From an uncultured archaeon (lineage in GTDB: Archaea; EX4484-52; JAADEF01), in contig CAYOWP010000005.1 in the NCBI GenBank assembly GCA_964407715.1, positions 1-64,000 of the forward strand: a stretch of DNA of 64,000 nucleotides. Direction: 5' to 3'. Every line of letters starts with the position of its first letter. Position 1 is the first letter of the stretch. A program made the position numbers and the translations under genes. Positions 49,016-58,883 of this stretch are shown here, one piece after another. Under the pieces are notes generated by a model that saw only the letters and a list, made by a program, of their open reading frames with translations, was not told the origin of the DNA and searched no databases.

Positions 49016-50644
49016 ATGAATGAAAAATTAAGATTTGTGTTTGTTGTAGGTGGAGTGCTTTCTGGTATTGGCAAGGGAGTAGTAACAGCATCTATCTCAA
49101 AACTTCTTCAATCTTATGGATATAAGGTCACAGCAATAAAAATAGATCCTTATGTTAATATAGATGCTGGAACTATGAGACCTACAGAGCATGGAGAGGT
49201 ATTTGTTACAGATGATGGAGGAGAAATAGATCAGGATTTAGGAACATATGAGAGGTTTTTAGACATAACAATTCCAAAGAAAAACAATATCACTACAGGA
49301 CAAATATATTTAGAGGTGATAAAAAGGGAGAGAGCTTTGGGGTATGGTGGAAGAGATGTGCAAATCATACCAGATGTGATGAACGAGGTAAAAAGAAGAA
49401 TTTTGGAGGCAAGCAGGGGATATGAGATTGCTGTTGTTGAGGTTGGAGGAACAACAGGAGATATAGAGAACCTCGTATTCTTATATGCGATTAGAAACCT
49501 TATGAATGAATACCCATCTGTAAGTGTGATGGTAACATATGCTCCTTTTTTGAGGACTGTAGGAGAATTAAAAACAAAACCAACACAACATGCTGTTGCA
49601 AAGTTAAGAGAGACGGGTATATTTCCAGATTTCTTGGTTGTTAGATCTGAAATGGGATTGGATGAAATAAGAAAAAAGAAAATCTCTAAAAGCACTTTTA
49701 TACCTGAGGAGAATATTATTGACAATCCTGATGTTGATTCTATATATCGAATTCCAATCTTATTTGAGGAACAGAAGGTTATTGAGAATATACTGAAAAA
49801 ATTGAATCTGAAGAAGAGGAAATATGATATGGAAGCATGGAGGAAATTTGTTGAAAAGATAGATAAATCAGAGAAGGAGATAAACATTGCGATTGTTGGA
49901 AAATATGTTAGCTATGGAAAATCTGAGCATAAGGATGTATATGTATCTGTTATAGAGGCGTTGAAACACGCATCCTATAATAACTATTTAAAACCAAAGA
50001 TAACCCAAATATCATCTTTGGAACTTGAAAAGGATGGCTATGAGGAAATTCTTAAGGATTTTGATGGAATCATTGTCCCTGGAGGATTTGGAGATTCTGG
50101 TGTTGAGGGCAAAATAAATGCTATTAGATATGCAAGAGAGAATGATGTTCCTTTCCTTGGTTTGTGTTATGGTATGCAGTTAGCAGTTGTGGAATATGCG
50201 AGGAATGTATGCGGGTTAAGAGGTGCACATACTACAGAGGTTGATCCTAACACTCCATATCCCGTGATAGATATCATGCCAGAGCAAAAGAAGCTAATAG
50301 AGGAAGGAAAATATGGAGCAACAATGAGATTGGGAGCATATCCCGCAATATTAAAAAAGGGCACATTGGTATATAATCTCTATAAAAAGGAGAGAGTTTA
50401 TGAGAGGCATAGGCATAGATATGAAGTTAATCCTGATTTTGTTGAAATACTTGAAAATGGAGGATTGGTGTTTTCTGGCACAAGTCCAGATGGTAGATTG
50501 ATGGAATTCCTGGAGCTTCCAAATCATAGATTCTTTGTTGCTACTCAGGCGCATCCTGAGTTTAAGAGCAGACCTCTTAATCCACATCCTTTATTTGTTG
50601 GTTTTATTAATGCAATAGCTCATAAAAAAGGCTTTGTTCAATAG
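49016..50644 (+). CDS. pyrG: CTP synthase
   Basis: GGVLSGIGKG, KIDPYVN, KTKPTQH, GLCYGMQ, RHRHRYE, HPEF. Confidence 0.97.
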   Translation: MNEKLRFVFVVGGVLSGIGKGVVTASISKLLQSYGYKVTAIKIDPYVNIDAGTMRPTEHGEVFVTDDGGEIDQDLGTYERFLDITIPKKNNITTGQIYLEVIKRERALGYGGRDVQIIPDVMNEVKRRILEASRGYEIAVVEVGGTTGDIENLVFLYAIRNLMNEYPSVSVMVTYAPFLRTVGELKTKPTQHAVAKLRETGIFPDFLVVRSEMGLDEIRKKKISKSTFIPEENIIDNPDVDSIYRIPILFEEQKVIENILKKLNLKKRKYDMEAWRKFVEKIDKSEKEINIAIVGKYVSYGKSEHKDVYVSVIEALKHASYNNYLKPKITQISSLELEKDGYEEILKDFDGIIVPGGFGDSGVEGKINAIRYARENDVPFLGLCYGMQLAVVEYARNVCGLRGAHTTEVDPNTPYPVIDIMPEQKKLIEEGKYGATMRLGAYPAILKKGTLVYNLYKKERVYERHRHRYEVNPDFVEILENGGLVFSGTSPDGRLMEFLELPNHRFFVATQAHPEFKSRPLNPHPLFVGFINAIAHKKGFVQ

Positions 50645-50655
50645 TTATTTTTCTA

Positions 50656-51579
50656 TTATGGAGAGATATCTGATAGGGATTTCTTGCTAAATAAATAATT
50701 TAGTTTTAGATTGTTCATTATCCATTTTAGGTATTCCCTTATTCCCTTTCCTTTTATCAATGATTTCGATAATGCCAATGTTATGTTGTTTCCGTAGATA
50801 TCTATAAATCTTTGGATATCATGTGGTAAATGTATGTCATCAAAATATATTCTATCATTTTCATCCCTGTAGATGCTAAACATTATTATTTTACTTGCAA
50901 GTATCTCATGCAATTTGCTGGCTATTTTATTTATTTCACTATTTGCTTTAGTTTCTTCATACTCCCTATCAGATTTTCTGATGCCAAATGTATAGCCATC
51001 TATATATAGATACTCCTCATATTGCATATCTGGGAATATCTCCTTAATTACAAGACACTTTTTGATAGATTCTATAGTGTCTAATATTGAGGAAACACTT
51101 TCTCGTGATTTTATGATAATGCTCCTCCCTTCTCCAGTGATTTTTATGAGCAAAGGAAATTCCAAAGTATCAAGGATATTAAGTAATGGTTTATCACTTA
51201 TTGATACGTATGTTTTTAAGGTTGAGATGTTGTGCTTATCTATTTCTTTTATTAAGATATTTGATTCAAGGGCGTAATCTATATATTTTGAATTTATATA
51301 TGTTTCGATGCCCTCATCCTCAAATACTTTGAGTATTATTTTGTAGAGCATATAATATTTTCTTTGGATAAACGGAATAGCAACATCATATTTATGCGTG
51401 ATATCTTGTGTTCTATAAAAGATTCTGCTATCCCTTCCTAATTTCACAACCAAATTATCTATTTTTATTATGTCAGTATTAAAACCCACACTTTGCAAAT
51501 AATTATATAACCCTATCTCATGTTCTTCCTTCTTTGAGGTTGAGATTATAAGTATCTTATTATTATGATTGCTGTTCAT
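50656..51579 (-). CDS. Degenerate RimK/LysX-like ATP-grasp protein
   Basis: LEFPLLIK...GRSIII and overall layout; paired with the RimK-associated protease gene. Confidence 0.55.
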   Translation of the reverse strand: MNSNHNNKILIISTSKKEEHEIGLYNYLQSVGFNTDIIKIDNLVVKLGRDSRIFYRTQDITHKYDVAIPFIQRKYYMLYKIILKVFEDEGIETYINSKYIDYALESNILIKEIDKHNISTLKTYVSISDKPLLNILDTLEFPLLIKITGEGRSIIIKSRESVSSILDTIESIKKCLVIKEIFPDMQYEEYLYIDGYTFGIRKSDREYEETKANSEINKIASKLHEILASKIIMFSIYRDENDRIYFDDIHLPHDIQRFIDIYGNNITLALSKSLIKGKGIREYLKWIMNNLKLNYLFSKKSLSDISP

Positions 51580-52021
51580 GATATATCACCTCATTTATGT
51601 TTATTTTTTTTATTAAATCAGTTATCTCCCTACTTTTGTGCGTTAAACTAACATCTACAATGAATCTTCCATATAATGCATCTCTCCCAATTATCATAGG
51701 CAATGTAAGATTTGATCTATCTGCTATTGTGATGGTATCTAATTCCATCTTTATACCTTTGATCTCAACTATAGCTTTTACTGTTGGCCTTATTATTCTA
51801 TCCGTAATTATAGTTTTTGATCTTATTATTCTTGATCCTGTTATCATAAGGTTCAGTTTTCCTGCAATTTTTAGATCCAAACTAGAGGATGTAGCTCCAG
51901 TGTCTATGAGAGCATAAAGAGAGGCTGATTTTTGATTTATGGGGTTGTAGATTTTCACCTTTTCTATTAATCCAAGGATTTCCTTTTTATCCCTCACTAT
52001 ATACCACCCTACTAACACCAT
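51563..52021 (-). CDS. RimK-associated retropepsin-like aspartyl protease (true start probably slightly internal)
   Basis: ALIDTGATSSSLD, RPTV, DRSNL.P.IIGRD. Confidence 0.8.
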   Translation of the reverse strand: MVLVGWYIVRDKKEILGLIEKVKIYNPINQKSASLYALIDTGATSSSLDLKIAGKLNLMITGSRIIRSKTIITDRIIRPTVKAIVEIKGIKMELDTITIADRSNLTLPMIIGRDALYGRFIVDVSLTHKSREITDLIKKININEVIYHEQQS

Positions 52022-54575
52022 TGACCTTTTCTATGAAAATTACGGTATCTACAAAATCTTTTATTATGTTCTCATGTGATACAATAATTAATTGTTTTAA
52101 CTTTAAGTAATTTAAAATGTTTCTTATACTTTCCATTTGCTCTAATGAGAAACCATCTGTGGGCTCATCAAGAATTAAGATATCTTTTGTCATTATATTT
52201 CCTATTGTATCGTTTAATATTTTATTTAATGCTAATCTATATGCTAATGCAATGCTTTGCTTTTCTCCTCCAGAGAGATGATCATATTGGAGTTCATATT
52301 GGTCTAAATATATCTTTGGATAAAAATTTTCATCAAGATATACTGAGAAGTCAGCATTTGGTAGTATAATGTTTACCCACTCTCTGAAAACCTTCTCGAA
52401 TTCAATCCGTATCTTTTGCATGATTGTCTGCTCTATTCTTATTACTCCAGGTATAAAGTACATATCAATAAACTCTATTAAATCCGAGATTTTCTTTATT
52501 TCCCTTTTTATTTTTTCTAACTCTTCCTTTTTGCTTTTTAAGGTATTCAATTGTTTGGTTAGCTCTTCAATTCTACCCCTTAATTCAGAGATTTGTCTTA
52601 AAACATTTCTATATTCTTCATGGTACTTTTCAGATTCCTCTATCTTTGTTTTATATCCTTTTATCTTCTCCTCTAACACTTGTATTTTTTTCTTAACTTC
52701 TTCTTTTTTCTTAAAGTATATTTCGCTCTCCTCATCATATTTCTTTTTATATGACAAAAACTCATTGAAGCATTTAGCAAAATTTTCATATAATGCAAGT
52801 TCCTTCTCACTTTTGTCTTTGTTTATGAGAATCTCCTTTTCCTTTTCTAAGAGGTTTTCATAATCTTTCATTAAGGTTTCATACTTTTCTTCAATTTCTT
52901 TGTGTTTCTCAATATCCCTTTCAAGATCAAAAAGCATTTTTGTAATTTCTCCTAATTCCTTTTCTAATTGGCTTACTCTTTTTTCTTTTTCTTCTATCTC
53001 TTTTATATATATCTCATTTTTTTCTTTTATTTTTTCCTTTTCTCTTATCTCATCCAATATGGCATTCAATTTTGTAATTTCTTCTTCTAAGGCATTTTTT
53101 TCATCATTATATTTTTGTATTTTATCTTCCATATCTTTGATGGCACTGTTTATCTTTTGTTTTGAAATTTCAAATTCTTCTCTCATAACCTTTTTGTGTT
53201 CCTCTGTGATTTTCTGTTTGCAAAAAGGACAGTTATCATAGAGAGTTATTTTTTGAATTTCTTCTTCTTTCTTTTCTAATATTCCCTTTAACTTGGATTG
53301 TTCTTTTAAAAGATGCTTTATACTTGTCTCTATATCCTTAATCTTCTCATTCTTCAATGTTATGCTTTCTGTGATTTCTTTCTTTGAATCAAGAATTGAA
53401 AAATCTTCACTAACCAATTTGGATTTTAATGCTCTAATAGATTCTTTTTCCTTATTTATCTGGATCTCAACAACCTTTCTTCTTTCTTTTAATCCCTCAT
53501 ATTTTTCTCTTTTGAGATGATACTCCCTTACCTTTTCTTTGATCTCATCAATGCTTTTCTTTAGTATGTTTTTTCTTTGATTAAGATTTTCAAGCTCCTT
53601 TAATATCAACTCTCTATTTTTAGTAATTGCATTGTTTAGCATCTCAAGAGATTTGCATTCTAAAGTGTTTATTATTTTATGATAATCCTCTTTATATTGG
53701 CTATTACTTGCTATTGATGATAATATCTCCAGTTTCTGATTTAGCACCTTTTCCAAGTTTTCATGTGCATTTTCTATTTCTTTCAATAGCAAATATTTCT
53801 CATTTAATTCATCTTTTGTTGTCTCATATTTTTTTTGTATTTCTTCAAATTCCTTAAGTTTTTCCTCTAACGAATATAATTCCTTTTCTTTTTCTGATAA
53901 CCTCTCATTTAACTCTCCCCTTTCTTTTGATATGTTTTCTTTTTCACTTAAATCTTTTTCTAAGATGTTGACTTTTCCTTCATTTTCTGATATCTTGTCC
54001 ACTAATATTGATTTTAACTCCTTGATGTTTTCTAAGATTGTTTGATATTTCTCTATATTAAAGAAACCTCTCAATACCTTTAATCTTTCTTTTGGATCAA
54101 TAGAAAGGATCTCTTTCATCCTTTCTTGAGGGACATATACAGTATATCTAAAGGGTATGATTTTTTTCAATGATTCGAATGAAGACGGATAATTAAGCAA
54201 TTTGAACACACGTGATTTTAATAGAGAAGGAGAAATCTTTTCTCTATAACCATTAATCGTTATATAGCACTCCTCATCCCTGATAGAACCTTTTTTTAGT
54301 TCGAGTATTCTCTCAATAATTACATTTTTATTGCCAACATCAAAATTTATTTTTATTTTCCCCCTGGATGTTCCCTTTCTTAAGATGGTATTTCCTTTTA
54401 TCTCTGATGAGAAGCCAAAGAGAGCATAGTCTATGCTATATAGCAAAGTGGATTTTCCAGCACCTATATCTCCCCATAGCAATATGCTGCCTTCTGGAAA
54501 TGTTATTTTTGTGTGCTTATGACTCCTTATATTCTCTAATTCAATATAGTTTATTTTCATGATCTCACATCTCAA
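51987..54575 (-). CDS. rad50: DNA double-strand break repair ATPase Rad50
   Basis: GDIGAGKS, CPFC zinc hook, LSGGE, LDEPT, SH. Confidence 0.93.
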   Translation of the reverse strand: MRCEIMKINYIELENIRSHKHTKITFPEGSILLWGDIGAGKSTLLYSIDYALFGFSSEIKGNTILRKGTSRGKIKINFDVGNKNVIIERILELKKGSIRDEECYITINGYREKISPSLLKSRVFKLLNYPSSFESLKKIIPFRYTVYVPQERMKEILSIDPKERLKVLRGFFNIEKYQTILENIKELKSILVDKISENEGKVNILEKDLSEKENISKERGELNERLSEKEKELYSLEEKLKEFEEIQKKYETTKDELNEKYLLLKEIENAHENLEKVLNQKLEILSSIASNSQYKEDYHKIINTLECKSLEMLNNAITKNRELILKELENLNQRKNILKKSIDEIKEKVREYHLKREKYEGLKERRKVVEIQINKEKESIRALKSKLVSEDFSILDSKKEITESITLKNEKIKDIETSIKHLLKEQSKLKGILEKKEEEIQKITLYDNCPFCKQKITEEHKKVMREEFEISKQKINSAIKDMEDKIQKYNDEKNALEEEITKLNAILDEIREKEKIKEKNEIYIKEIEEKEKRVSQLEKELGEITKMLFDLERDIEKHKEIEEKYETLMKDYENLLEKEKEILINKDKSEKELALYENFAKCFNEFLSYKKKYDEESEIYFKKKEEVKKKIQVLEEKIKGYKTKIEESEKYHEEYRNVLRQISELRGRIEELTKQLNTLKSKKEELEKIKREIKKISDLIEFIDMYFIPGVIRIEQTIMQKIRIEFEKVFREWVNIILPNADFSVYLDENFYPKIYLDQYELQYDHLSGGEKQSIALAYRLALNKILNDTIGNIMTKDILILDEPTDGFSLEQMESIRNILNYLKLKQLIIVSHENIIKDFVDTVIFIEKVNGVSRVVYSEG

Positions 54576-55875
54576 AAAGTTTTTGATTTTTGAAGTTTTC
54601 TAATAGCATATCTGCACACTTTTTAATAACCCTTCTATAATAAGTATTTTTTGTTTCATCTTCGCCCTTTGATTCTCCAAGAATATCTATCAATATCTTT
54701 GATACAGCATGCGGATCAAACTCATATTTTTTTTCTATATTTTGGAAAATCTTTTTTATCAATTCTTTTTCTATTTCTGCAATGTTTTTTTCTGTTTCAA
54801 GTTTTATTTCAGGCTCATACATTTTGGATTGTAATTTAAATGTATTCCTCTTTACAATATATGGATTCTTTTCATTGTAGAGTTTTTCTATCTCTTTGAA
54901 ATTTATATTTGAAATTAGACCTTCAACAACTCCATAGAACTTTAAAAGCACAATTTTATTTGTAATTTCCTTTTTACTTAGCAATTCTGCAGTTTTATTA
55001 TACACTTGTTGAGGTGTTAGTCCATTACAATTTATATCTATTGATTCAACTTCATATAGCTTAAATGTTTCGTGATGAACATGCGTTATCCATCCATTAT
55101 TTGCTTTTTCAATTTCTACATATACAAAATAGGATGTTCCCTTTAAATCTTCAAGTTCTGAGAAATTTGTTGGATAAACAGGACCGGGATACACAACATA
55201 ACTTTTCTTTCCTAAGATATCGCTTATGTTTTTAATGATTGGCAAATGAATGTGCCCACCAGCATAGTAATCAAATCCCCTTGGGATATTGTCTATAGAG
55301 ATATTATCAGAAAATTTTGAAGATGTTGGAAGGATCTCATTAATACCTATATGGAACTGAAAGATTTTATAATGCTCCCTATACTTTCCTATGTCCTTTA
55401 AATCTTTTATCTTTTTATAATATTCCTTTTCTAACCCTCTTTTTCTTCCTAACATGCCATATATTACCACCTTCTCATTATACTCTGTTGGAAGAAGAGA
55501 GATTTTTCCATCCTGTATCTCTGCCTTTGATGTAACTGTGAGTAAATCAGCATCTTCCAATACATAAAGAAAAGAATTTTCATCAGAACTTAAATCATGA
55601 GATCCTGGTATTACAAATACTTTGATATTGCATGACTTAAGCTTTTGAAGCTGTTTTGTTAAAAATCTTATGGCATTAAGAGAGGGTATGCTTACATTAA
55701 ATATATCGCCAGATATCAATAGAAAATTTATCTTTCTATCAATGCATTCATCAACTATTCTTTTGAATGCCAAGAAGTTTAATCTTTTAAGCTCTTTTTC
55801 TCTCCATACATCCAAATGTAAGTCAGCGATATGAATGAACCTAATTTTTTCATTTTGTGTTTGAGAATCCATCAT
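54565..55875 (-). CDS. mre11: DNA repair nuclease Mre11
   Basis: ADLHL, SGDIF, PGSHD, GGHIH, YPG. Confidence 0.92.
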   Translation of the reverse strand: MMDSQTQNEKIRFIHIADLHLDVWREKELKRLNFLAFKRIVDECIDRKINFLLISGDIFNVSIPSLNAIRFLTKQLQKLKSCNIKVFVIPGSHDLSSDENSFLYVLEDADLLTVTSKAEIQDGKISLLPTEYNEKVVIYGMLGRKRGLEKEYYKKIKDLKDIGKYREHYKIFQFHIGINEILPTSSKFSDNISIDNIPRGFDYYAGGHIHLPIIKNISDILGKKSYVVYPGPVYPTNFSELEDLKGTSYFVYVEIEKANNGWITHVHHETFKLYEVESIDINCNGLTPQQVYNKTAELLSKKEITNKIVLLKFYGVVEGLISNINFKEIEKLYNEKNPYIVKRNTFKLQSKMYEPEIKLETEKNIAEIEKELIKKIFQNIEKKYEFDPHAVSKILIDILGESKGEDETKNTYYRRVIKKCADMLLENFKNQKLFEM

Positions 55876-55929
55876 AATTATTGAATATACTGCTATTTTT
55901 AAAGATTTAATTAAAATGCTAATTTGAAA

Positions 55930-56162
55930 GGCATTACTAAGTGCTTCTTTAAGAGGATACCTTTTAACGAGGAATTATACCCAGTCAATGAGCAGCAGTA
56001 GAGCAGCTAACCTTTTGAAGAGGTTAGCATGCTACAAAACCTGTAGTAATAGCGATTTCTTCCAATTAACAAAATCATTTAAAATGGTTAACAGAAAACA
56101 TAGCCCTATTCAAAGGGTTAACTTGCTCTCATGCGCTTCTTTAAGGGATTACCTTTCAGCTT
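55930..56162. mobile_element. Deleted/truncated copy of the long MITE-like element
   Basis: GGCATT, then near-identity to 23610-23835; right TIR missing. Confidence 0.8.
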
Positions 56163-56206
56163 AGGAGAAATCTAACTAAAAATTATTAAAAATATCTCTT
56201 TCAGTT

Positions 56207-56647
56207 ATGAATATTATGAAACATACATTTATGGGATACTTAGATAAATTATATAACAAAAATAAACTGCTATACGAGATCATAGGATACTTGTTTGGTG
56301 GAGGAACAGCTGCTTTTGCAGATTTTATTTCCCTATTTTTTCTTACCTCATATATAGGAATATGGTATTGGTACTCTGCTGCTATCTCCTTCATTATTGG
56401 AAGTATAATAAATTATTCTATAAACAAGAAATTAACATTTAAAAACAAATATAAAAAGATACATGTTCAGTACTTGCTTTTTGTTGTTATCGCATTTACA
56501 AGTTTAATATGGAACCAAATTATTATGTATGTTGGAGTAGAGTATGTGCATCTTCATTATCTTGTTGCTAAGATTATCTCCTTAGGTTTAGTTTTTATTT
56601 GGAGCTTTACAATGCATAAAAAAATTACATATGGTATATTGAGATGA
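56207..56647 (+). CDS. GtrA family membrane protein
   Basis: YLFGGGTAAFAD, NYSINKKLTFK, AKIIS. Confidence 0.88.
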   Translation: MNIMKHTFMGYLDKLYNKNKLLYEIIGYLFGGGTAAFADFISLFFLTSYIGIWYWYSAAISFIIGSIINYSINKKLTFKNKYKKIHVQYLLFVVIAFTSLIWNQIIMYVGVEYVHLHYLVAKIISLGLVFIWSFTMHKKITYGILR

Positions 56648-56662
56648 AAGAGGTGGTAAAAG

Positions 56663-57073
56663 ATGAGAGTTATTTATTGGCATGTGAATTCTCTTAAGGT
56701 TGTTCACACACAGAAGGCATTAAAAAGTGCCGAAGATATCAATGAGAAAACCAAAAGATTTGAGAATGGAGTTGTATGTTTGATATCCTTAGAGGAGGGG
56801 GATCAAGATAAAGAAAATCTCTTTGAAATGTTTTATGAGGATCTCATGAAATATGCCAATCAAATTAATGTTAAAAAGTTCTTTTTGTATCCATATGCGC
56901 ATCTAAGCAACAATCTTTTGAAGCCATCATTAAGTAAGGAATTATTTTATTCCTTAGTTAAATTCTTAAAAAATAAAGGATTAGATGTTGATTATGGTGA
57001 GTTTGGATGGTATAAAGAATTTAAGGTTCATGTTAAGGGACATCCTTTAGCAGAGCTAAGCAGGTCGTTCTAA
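56663..57073 (+). CDS. Stand-alone archaeal ThrRS editing domain
   Basis: YPYAHLS, FGWYKEF, KGHPLAELSR. Confidence 0.9.
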   Translation: MRVIYWHVNSLKVVHTQKALKSAEDINEKTKRFENGVVCLISLEEGDQDKENLFEMFYEDLMKYANQINVKKFFLYPYAHLSNNLLKPSLSKELFYSLVKFLKNKGLDVDYGEFGWYKEFKVHVKGHPLAELSRSF

Positions 57074-57074
57074 T

Positions 57075-58883
57075 ATGAAGGAATTGACATCTGTAGAGAT
57101 AAAACATTGGATAGATGAAAACAGGGAAAATTTAGAAAATGCGAGATTTGATAAAGCATGGCAAATAGAGGATTTTGTCATATTAAAATTATATGTAAAG
57201 GGACATGGGAGCAAAGAATTAGTTATAGGTCCAGGTTGCATATTCTTTACCTCTTATTCCATTGAAAAACCACCACATCCATCTAACTTTGCTATGTTGT
57301 TAAGAAAATATCTTAAGGGAAAATGGATAAGAAAAGCATATCAATATCACCTTGATAGAATTCTAGTTTTTGAATTTGATGAGTTTGATTTAGTGCTTGA
57401 GATTATGAAACCAACAATAGTGGTTTTGATAGATAAGAGAAAGAAGATATTGGGCATTTCTAAAGTTATTAAAAGTAAAAGCAGGGGAGAATTGATGATG
57501 AATAGGGAATATTCCTTTCCGCCAACAAAGAGAGACATCTTAGAGGAGAGCAAAGAAGAATTTCTAAAAATAATAGAAAAAGAAGGGGTTGAAAATATTT
57601 CTAAGATATATGGTATAGCTCCTAAATATGTGGAATATGCGCTTCTTATATGCGGATGCGAGATTGATAAGATTTATGATTTACTTAGGGAGATGTTTCT
57701 TGAGAAGAAGGTGTGTGTATGTGGTGATGAGATTTATGGATTTTGCTTGGAAAACAAGAAAGAATGTAAAAGATATAATTCAATAAATGAGGCAATAGAA
57801 GAGGTGTTTATTAAAGAGTTGCAATCCATAGAGATAAAGGAAGAAAAAAGAGTTAAGAGAGACGAGAAAAAGATTGAGTACATGAAATCAGGACTTGAGA
57901 GATTAATTAGAGAAAAGGAGGAGCTTGAGAAAAAAGCGGAGATTCTTTCTCTTAACTTTGATGTTTTGGAAGATATCTTAAATAAACTTGCAAAACATCA
58001 AACTCATGAGGCTGTGAAGAGAATCAATTATAAAGAAAAGAAGGCCGAGATTTCATTAGAGGGAAAAAGGATAGAGATAAGATATGATCTTAACGCATAT
58101 CAAAATATTTCCGCGATATATAATAACATAAAAAAAATAAAAGAGAAGATAAAGAACCTTGAAAATAAGATAGCAGAGGAAACTGAGAAAATAAAAAATC
58201 TTGAGGGAGAAGAAATCACAACAAGAAAGATAAAAATAGAAAAAAAGAGAAAAAAGAAGTGGTATGAAAACTTTAAATGGTTCATTACATCACAAGGAAG
58301 AGTTTTTGTGTTGGGTAAAGATGCAACCTCTAATGAAATACTTATAAAGAAATATATGGATAAGGATGATATTGTTTTCCATACTTTTGTACCAGGTTCT
58401 GGGTTTGGATTGCTCAAAGGGGGAAGAGAAGATACTAATGAGGATGAACTCATAGAGTGCGCGCAATTCACTGCGTCTCATTCATCTTTATGGAAGCAAA
58501 TGGTTTATAGTGGCGAGGTATTCTGGGTGTATCCTGAGCAAGTAAGTAAAAAAGCACCTTCTGGGGAATATCTTACAAAAGGATCTTTTATGATATATGG
58601 AAAGAAGAACATCATTAAGGTGCCTTTAGAACTTGCGTTTGGATATGATGAAAAAAATAAGGAAATAATTTACGGGCCATTAACAAAGGTCATTAAAATA
58701 ACAAAACATTACGCTGTTGTTATTCCTGGTGACAAAAAAGCAAGTGAAATCATAAAGAAAATAAAGCTTAAGATAAGTAAAAATCTCAAGAAAGAGGATG
58801 CAGAAAAAGTGATGGGATATGAAGATGAGTTCTTTAGAGAAAGAATACCGTTTGGATTTGGAGATGTTAGAGGAAAAATTTAA
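57075..58883 (+). CDS. NFACT/Rqc2 family ribosome quality-control protein
   Basis: PSNFAMLLRKYL, DRIL, WYENFKWF, GKDATSNE, QVSKKAPSGEYL.KGSFMIYG. Confidence 0.92.
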   Translation: MKELTSVEIKHWIDENRENLENARFDKAWQIEDFVILKLYVKGHGSKELVIGPGCIFFTSYSIEKPPHPSNFAMLLRKYLKGKWIRKAYQYHLDRILVFEFDEFDLVLEIMKPTIVVLIDKRKKILGISKVIKSKSRGELMMNREYSFPPTKRDILEESKEEFLKIIEKEGVENISKIYGIAPKYVEYALLICGCEIDKIYDLLREMFLEKKVCVCGDEIYGFCLENKKECKRYNSINEAIEEVFIKELQSIEIKEEKRVKRDEKKIEYMKSGLERLIREKEELEKKAEILSLNFDVLEDILNKLAKHQTHEAVKRINYKEKKAEISLEGKRIEIRYDLNAYQNISAIYNNIKKIKEKIKNLENKIAEETEKIKNLEGEEITTRKIKIEKKRKKKWYENFKWFITSQGRVFVLGKDATSNEILIKKYMDKDDIVFHTFVPGSGFGLLKGGREDTNEDELIECAQFTASHSSLWKQMVYSGEVFWVYPEQVSKKAPSGEYLTKGSFMIYGKKNIIKVPLELAFGYDEKNKEIIYGPLTKVIKITKHYAVVIPGDKKASEIIKKIKLKISKNLKKEDAEKVMGYEDEFFRERIPFGFGDVRGKI

